A stretch of DNA of 64,000 nt, taken from Syntrophales bacterium (GTDB taxonomy: Bacteria; Desulfobacterota; Syntrophia; Syntrophales; UBA2185). Both the position numbers and the translations under genes were made by a program. How positions within the stretch are numbered: position 1 is the stretch's first letter; each line of letters starts with the position of its first letter. Shown one piece after another: positions 60,073 through 64,000 of the stretch. Under the pieces are notes generated by a model. The model was not told the origin of the DNA. It was given only the letters and a program-made list of their open reading frames with translations, and did not search any database. Where the stretch lies: assembly GCA_049521775.1 (NCBI GenBank), contig JBEKOL010000017.1:2732-66731 (forward strand), read 5' to 3'.

Positions 60073-61146
60073 ATGAAACACCACAACATTGCAGTCATTC
60101 CAGCAGATGGGATAGGGGAAGAAGTCGTTCCTGAGGGGGTGAAGGCGCTGGATGTCGCCGGTGAGTTGACTGGAGAGTACAAATTCAAATACGAGTATTT
60201 CCCATACGGTTGCAACTATTATCTCAAGCACGGCAAGATGATGGCGGATGAAGGCCTCGAGATCCTCAAACCATTCGACGCGATCTATTTCGGCGCTGTC
60301 GGCTCTCCTGCCGTGCCGGATCACATTTCTCTGCACGGCCTGCGTTTGCCGATTTGCAAGGGGTTCGAACAGTACGTTTGTTATCGTCCGACCGAGCTCC
60401 TGCCCGGTGTGAAGACGCCGCTCGCGAACAAAAAAGCGGGGGACATTGACTTCATCGTCGTTCGTGAAAACACCGAAGGCGAGTACACCGGTGCGGGCGG
60501 CCGTGCACACCGCGGCTTGCCGATCGAGATCGCGGTCGAAACGTCCGTATTCTCGCGCATCGGTATCGAGCGTGTAGCGCGGTACTCATTCAGACTTGCA
60601 CAGGGCCGTCGTAAAAAACTGGTGAGTGCAACAAAATCGAATGCGCAGCAGCATTCATTTACGTTCTGGGACGAAGTGGTGACGGAGGTGGGCAAGGAAT
60701 TTCCGGATGTGACTGTCGAGCGTGTGCTGATCGATGCACTCGCGGCGCGGTTCATTTTATATCCGGAATCGCTCGATGTGGTTGTCGCGTCGAATTTGTT
60801 AGGCGACATTCTCACCGACATCGCTGCGGCAATCAGCGGAAGCCTGGGCATTGCGCCGAGTGGTAACATCAATCCTGAACGCGATTATCCGTCGATGTTC
60901 GAGCCGGTTCACGGTTCCGCGCCCGACATCGTGGGTAAAGGCATCGCGAACCCGATCGCGATGATTTGGTGCGGAGCGATGATGCTCGATTTCCTCGGCC
61001 ACAAGAAAACGGCGAAGATGATAGATTCAGCGATTAAAGCCGTGACTGCGGAGGGCCGTGTGCTCACGCCGGATTTAGGAGGCACGGCGAGGACTAAGGA
61101 TGTTACTGATGCAATCATCGGCAAGATGCGCGCGATGGCAAAGTGA
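60073..61146 (+). CDS. Tartrate dehydrogenase/decarboxylase - D-malate dehydrogenase (isopropylmalate dehydrogenase superfamily)
   Basis: Collinear with E. coli DmlA/YeaU as I recall it: IAVIPADGIGEEV, FDAIYFGAVGSP.VPDHISL, DFIVVRENTEGEY, SATKSNA, VVASNLLGDILTD, FEPVHGSAPDI.GKGIANPIA.IW. Confidence 0.88.
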   Translation: MKHHNIAVIPADGIGEEVVPEGVKALDVAGELTGEYKFKYEYFPYGCNYYLKHGKMMADEGLEILKPFDAIYFGAVGSPAVPDHISLHGLRLPICKGFEQYVCYRPTELLPGVKTPLANKKAGDIDFIVVRENTEGEYTGAGGRAHRGLPIEIAVETSVFSRIGIERVARYSFRLAQGRRKKLVSATKSNAQQHSFTFWDEVVTEVGKEFPDVTVERVLIDALAARFILYPESLDVVVASNLLGDILTDIAAAISGSLGIAPSGNINPERDYPSMFEPVHGSAPDIVGKGIANPIAMIWCGAMMLDFLGHKKTAKMIDSAIKAVTAEGRVLTPDLGGTARTKDVTDAIIGKMRAMAK

Positions 61147-61193
61147 CCGACCCGCCCGCTATGCTGGGCTTCTTGGCACGGACTCTCTTTAAT

Positions 61194-61664
61194 TCACGTC
61201 GCTATATTAATCTTCTGGCCAATAGATTGAGCGGGGCTGCTGCTTCCACTAGTCTGGCTGGAACTGCCGGTCAAGCTTGAAAGTGCATTTTGAAAGCTGC
61301 CCGTTTTGTGATGACGCTGATAAGATCCCTTCTGAGATACTGACTGAACATCCTGCTGCAGTTTTGCAAAAGCAGACTTTGCTGATGATAGATCTCCTGA
61401 TTGGAGCGCCTTACCGATCGCATTGAGATCAGCGAGAAGCGGGTTTTGGCTGCTGCCTTGCTGCCCGTTTTGCGCCTGACTACCGGACGATAAATTGGGT
61501 ATCAATTGCTGCAGTGCCGCAAACGCCTGTTGGGCTGCATTCAGGTCACCGGACTGCAAAGCCTGTCCAAGCAGCTGATAATCATATTTAACTTGCTTGA
61601 ATTTCGTTTGTGCGCTGCTGCTCTGGTTAAGATCGGTGCTTGTGGATATTCCGGATACCGTCAT
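61194..61664 (-). CDS. Ser/Gln-rich low-complexity protein with internal duplicated ALQSGDL..A..AFA.LQQ motif
   Basis: Perfect SD (AAGGAGG plus 6 nt) before the ATG at 61664. No signal peptide or TM segment. Two repeats: LGQALQSGDLNAAQQAFAALQQ and IGKALQSGDLSSAKSAFAKLQQ. Confidence 0.55.
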   Translation of the reverse strand: MTVSGISTSTDLNQSSSAQTKFKQVKYDYQLLGQALQSGDLNAAQQAFAALQQLIPNLSSGSQAQNGQQGSSQNPLLADLNAIGKALQSGDLSSAKSAFAKLQQDVQSVSQKGSYQRHHKTGSFQNALSSLTGSSSQTSGSSSPAQSIGQKINIAT

Positions 61665-62308
61665 GATAAACCTCCTTAATCAAAATATGGTGCAAGCTAA
61701 TCATTTTGCATTCTCCTGACATTCGTCACCGGCAAAAGGCCAAGATTTTTTTCAACGCCACGTGCGGGACTATGGCTCTCTGACGTTTGCCTTGTAATTT
61801 CTCGATCGGCATTCAGAAGAGTTCACCCGCATTTGACACTTGCTACGGTCTTCGTCACGCCTATTAGTAGCAAGCCGTATGCCAGAGCGATCCTCTCAAA
61901 GTATGTTGCCAATATCCTGTTTCAACAATGGTTTTAAGAAAATAATATTGGTGATGAATGTCGCACCACAGGCCACCGGGAAATAAATGTTGACCCACAG
62001 TCTGCAACCGGTAAATTTTTCCTGGAAATCTATCGGGGCGCTACGATTATGTCCGGTGACGTGGTAAGAAGATTCTCGGGCTAAAAAATCTTTTCGAACA
62101 TTTATCACTCTATTTATACAGAATGGTATTTTATAATGTTCCGGATGGCAGGGTAATACGATTTATTGCAAGAGGAAATGGGGAACCGAACAGAATCTGC
62201 AGAAACTCCGAAGCGCCTTTAAAGGAATTCAACCAGATGTCGGTGCGAAGGTGGTTTTGGCAACAGGTCGTGATACCATCTAAAGGTGAGGAAAATGTCC
62301 TGCTATGT

Positions 62309-62857
62309 TCAAGCAATCAAATCCAGTATTGAGCCGGGGGAGTTGGATGATGTTGTAGCCGTGTTATTGGGCTGCAATATTTGGAGAAGTGATTGTGTCA
62401 GATCGGTAGTCGTCTGAGAAGGATAGGTCTGTTCTATGGCTTGCAAAAGATTCGAGGCAATGTCGGAAGATGCCGTGGACTGGGAAGAGGAATCGGGAGA
62501 CGTAGCCGTAGTTTCAAGGGAAGAGGATGGTAATGTCTCGCCGAGGAGAGCTTCCGCAAGCTGGGGATTGGATGTAAATAAGTTGGTCTTTGTCACTGCA
62601 TTCAATGTTGCAGAAGTTTCCAGAATACCCGCAAAATTCTGAGACGAACTCGGCTCAAACAACGACTGAATTAATGATTCGCTGCTTTGCATAAGAATCT
62701 GACTAACCATGTCCTGTAAATTGTTTGAAGATGAAGATGCGGGTTGTGAAACAGTCGCAGACTTGGAAGTTGTTGAGTTCGATGTCTGAGAACTGTTTTG
62801 AGATGAAGACAACAGATTATATATATTGCTGGTATTTAATCCGGAAATGCTTGACAT
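62309..62857 (-). CDS. Ser/Thr-rich low-complexity protein, N-terminally related to the 61194-61664 product
   Basis: The N-terminus MSSISGLNTSN resembles MTVSGISTSTD of the neighbour. It is strongly Ser/Thr/Gln biased, has no TM segment or signal peptide, and is preceded by a sigma28-type promoter match. Confidence 0.5.
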   Translation of the reverse strand: MSSISGLNTSNIYNLLSSSQNSSQTSNSTTSKSATVSQPASSSSNNLQDMVSQILMQSSESLIQSLFEPSSSQNFAGILETSATLNAVTKTNLFTSNPQLAEALLGETLPSSSLETTATSPDSSSQSTASSDIASNLLQAIEQTYPSQTTTDLTQSLLQILQPNNTATTSSNSPGSILDLIA

Positions 62858-62881
62858 GTCTCGTCATACCTTTCATTAATT

Positions 62882-62908
62882 GCATCGGCGATTTCAGAAA
62901 AAACTTTA
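62882..62908 (-). promoter_or_regulatory. Sigma28 (FliA)-type promoter match
   Basis: Minus strand reads TAAAGTTT-tttctgaaatc-GCCGATGC. This is the enterobacterial FliA consensus TAAAGTTT-N11-GCCGATAA with the exact 11-nt spacer and 14/16 identities. The -10 element ends 24 nt before the ATG at 62857. Confidence 0.45.
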
Positions 62909-63012
62909 GTAAATAATCTCGTTTCAATGTTGGCTTGAATCGCATCGTAAAATGGATCGTTTAATTGATCTATTCTCTCGCTTAAGAGCAAAATATTAAT
63001 CAAGCAGTCATC

Positions 63013-63119
63013 CTGGATATTTTTTAATCAACTGGATACTTTAAATTGGATACATTTTATCCACTATCGCTTGAGACATTACGGTATCTATTAGACAATA
63101 TTGAGTAATATTGGATGCT
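63013..63119 (+). repeat. Four TGGAT(A/G) motifs, three as (C/T)TGGATAYWTTWA direct repeats
   Basis: ctggatatttttta (63013), ctggatactttaaa (63032), ttggatacatttta (63046), ttggatgcttggca (63111). All lie in the divergent intergenic region between the Ser-rich gene and the Spy/CpxP-like gene. Confidence 0.3.
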
Positions 63120-63197
63120 TGGCATACATCATTCTGGTCGGTATATTTCTTGCTGTTCATCAGGATCAAATCATTCTCTCGAAAGGAGGCACAGCAC

Positions 63198-63662
63198 ATG
63201 AAGAAAACATTTTTTATAATTGCAGTTCTCGTCGCGTCTGTAGCTGCTGTCGTATCGGCGTATGCCCTTCAGCCGGGTGAAAGACCAGGTTCCTACAAAG
63301 AATTTGGTTTCAAAAAATATCTCGGCCTTTCAGACGAACAATTGGCCAAGATGAAAGAGCTGAGAAATAACTTCCGTAATGATACGAGGGACCTGAGATA
63401 CAATCTCGCGATCAAGCGGTTAGAAATGCGTAAACTTTTTACAGATCCCAAGACAGATGATACAACACTTCTTGCCAAGCAGAAAGAGATAAGTAAACTT
63501 CGCCAGCAACTATCAGATAAAAAGGCTGCTAAGAAAATCGCGTGGCGTAAAATTCTCACTCCGGAGCAGATTGCTAAACTTGACAGAATGCCTCACAAGC
63601 GGCATGCGAAAAGGTGGGCACACCATCGTCTCCACGGTAGCCAATGCCCAGAAAAGGGATGA
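63198..63662 (+). CDS. Spy/CpxP-family periplasmic protein (LTxxQ motif protein)
   Basis: ATG at 63198 follows AGGAGG plus 7 nt. Signal peptide MKKTFFIIAVLVASVAAVVSAYA. Two LTxxQ-type motifs (LSDEQLAKM, LTPEQIAKL). His/Lys-rich tail. Confidence 0.75.
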   Translation: MKKTFFIIAVLVASVAAVVSAYALQPGERPGSYKEFGFKKYLGLSDEQLAKMKELRNNFRNDTRDLRYNLAIKRLEMRKLFTDPKTDDTTLLAKQKEISKLRQQLSDKKAAKKIAWRKILTPEQIAKLDRMPHKRHAKRWAHHRLHGSQCPEKG

Positions 63663-63775
63663 AACCAAGGTTTAGTGGGGGTTGTTGAATAGCTCGAAAG
63701 CCATTCTCTCTTTTCTGTTTTCAGCTAAACCTTGAAAGGGTTTAGACAATTTATACTAATTAAGACAGCGGAAAG

Positions 63776-64000
63776 ATGTCACCGAGAATGAAGCATCTGA
63801 CGGTAGTTTCAGTAGCGGGAGCGATTGTTATTTTATTAATTTCTATCTTCGCTGTTGAAATATCTTCTACAGTTCCTGCCAAAGTTGATTCGTCCAAAGC
63901 GCCTGCTGCTAAAACAGCGAAAAGGACCAGGGTGACCTTTATAGGAGTAGTCAAAGGACTATCCGATACGACAATACTGGTTGAGCGTGCCGTTAAGGGA
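63776..64000 (+). CDS. Hypothetical signal-anchored protein, N-terminal part (runs off window end)
   Basis: The frame is open from ATG 63776 (alternative ATG at 63788) to base 64000. It reads MSPRMKHLTVVSVAGAIVILLISIFAV.., an N-terminal hydrophobic anchor. I prefer it to the antisense 64-aa track ORF. Confidence 0.35.
   Translation, partial: MSPRMKHLTVVSVAGAIVILLISIFAVEISSTVPAKVDSSKAPAAKTAKRTRVTFIGVVKGLSDTTILVERAVKG

Noticed and set aside
60013-60872. Two 163-165-aa ORFs on the minus strand.
   Set aside because: Both are antisense to the tartrate/D-malate dehydrogenase gene. Long open shadow frames are expected in this GC-rich gene.
61726-61760. A second sigma28-like element upstream of the 61194-61664 gene (minus strand AAAAAAAT-N11-GCCGGTGA).
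   Set aside because: The -10 element matches 6/8 but the -35 only about 4/8. It is much weaker than the 62882-62908 match, so I did not call it.
63106-63160. Possible sigma54 promoter (TGGCAT-N5-ATTCT at 63117, and TGGTCG-N5-TTTC..TTGCT just downstream) before the Spy/CpxP-like gene.
   Set aside because: Neither candidate has the -12 TTGC element correctly spaced from the -24 GG. It is too weak to call, although ZraP-type genes are sigma54-dependent in enterobacteria.
63760-63954. 64-aa minus-strand ORF at the window end.
   Set aside because: The opposite strand carries an open frame from ATG 63776 with a convincing N-terminal hydrophobic anchor that runs off the window. Only one of the two is likely real, and I favour the plus strand at low confidence.

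Overview
This window looks like a gene-dense chromosomal segment, about 57 protein-coding genes, from an anaerobic bacterium. The fatty-acid/aromatic-acid-degrading deltaproteobacterial (Syntrophales-like) assignment is inferred only from gene content and codon style. No homology search was run, so every family call comes from motifs read in the translated ORFs.

Gene content in order:
- 1-3.9 kb: ribosome-biogenesis cluster (rnc, radical SAM, era, der).
- 4-7.1 kb: ferritin-like protein, Na/Pi-PhoU transporter, crotonase.
- 7.6-13.8 kb: signalling module of HDOD protein, tandem-PilZ protein with an uncharacterised C-terminal half, and a GAF-PAS hybrid histidine kinase.
- 14-14.9 kb: AT-rich orphan gene for a degenerate PP-loop protein.
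- 15.2-22.2 kb: minus-strand block (O-methyltransferase, rfbB, SPOR-NlpC/P60, cca, thiD, thiamine pyrophosphokinase, tatD).
- 23.4-29.4 kb: paaK plus Liv-type ABC operon.
- 29.9-34.2 kb: small signalling and hypothetical genes, an APC permease and a 3D-domain lipoprotein.
- 34.2-43.1 kb: acyl-CoA/beta-oxidation cluster containing a truncated hbd.
- 43.1-48.9 kb: ileS-lspA-trkH-trkA-MTH1187.
- 49.1-51.1 kb: groES-groEL.
- 51.3-57.3 kb: pstSCAB-phoU-phoR operon with Pho-box-like repeats.
- 57.6-61.1 kb: DapA-family aldolase, Fe-S flavoprotein, and a compositionally foreign tartrate/D-malate dehydrogenase.
- 61.2-64 kb: AT-rich accessory-looking end with two paralogous Ser/Thr/Gln-rich low-complexity proteins, a Spy/CpxP-like periplasmic protein and a partial signal-anchored ORF.

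I found no rRNA, tRNA, CRISPR array, transposase or integrase.

The most interesting items are:
- the pair of Ser-rich proteins, one behind a near-consensus sigma28 promoter;
- the HDOD / PilZ-X / hybrid-kinase module;
- the degenerate PP-loop orphan;
- two apparent gene decays (hbd fragment, DUF2845-like ORF split by TAA-TAA);
- the ATTCTGTAA repeats upstream of pstS.
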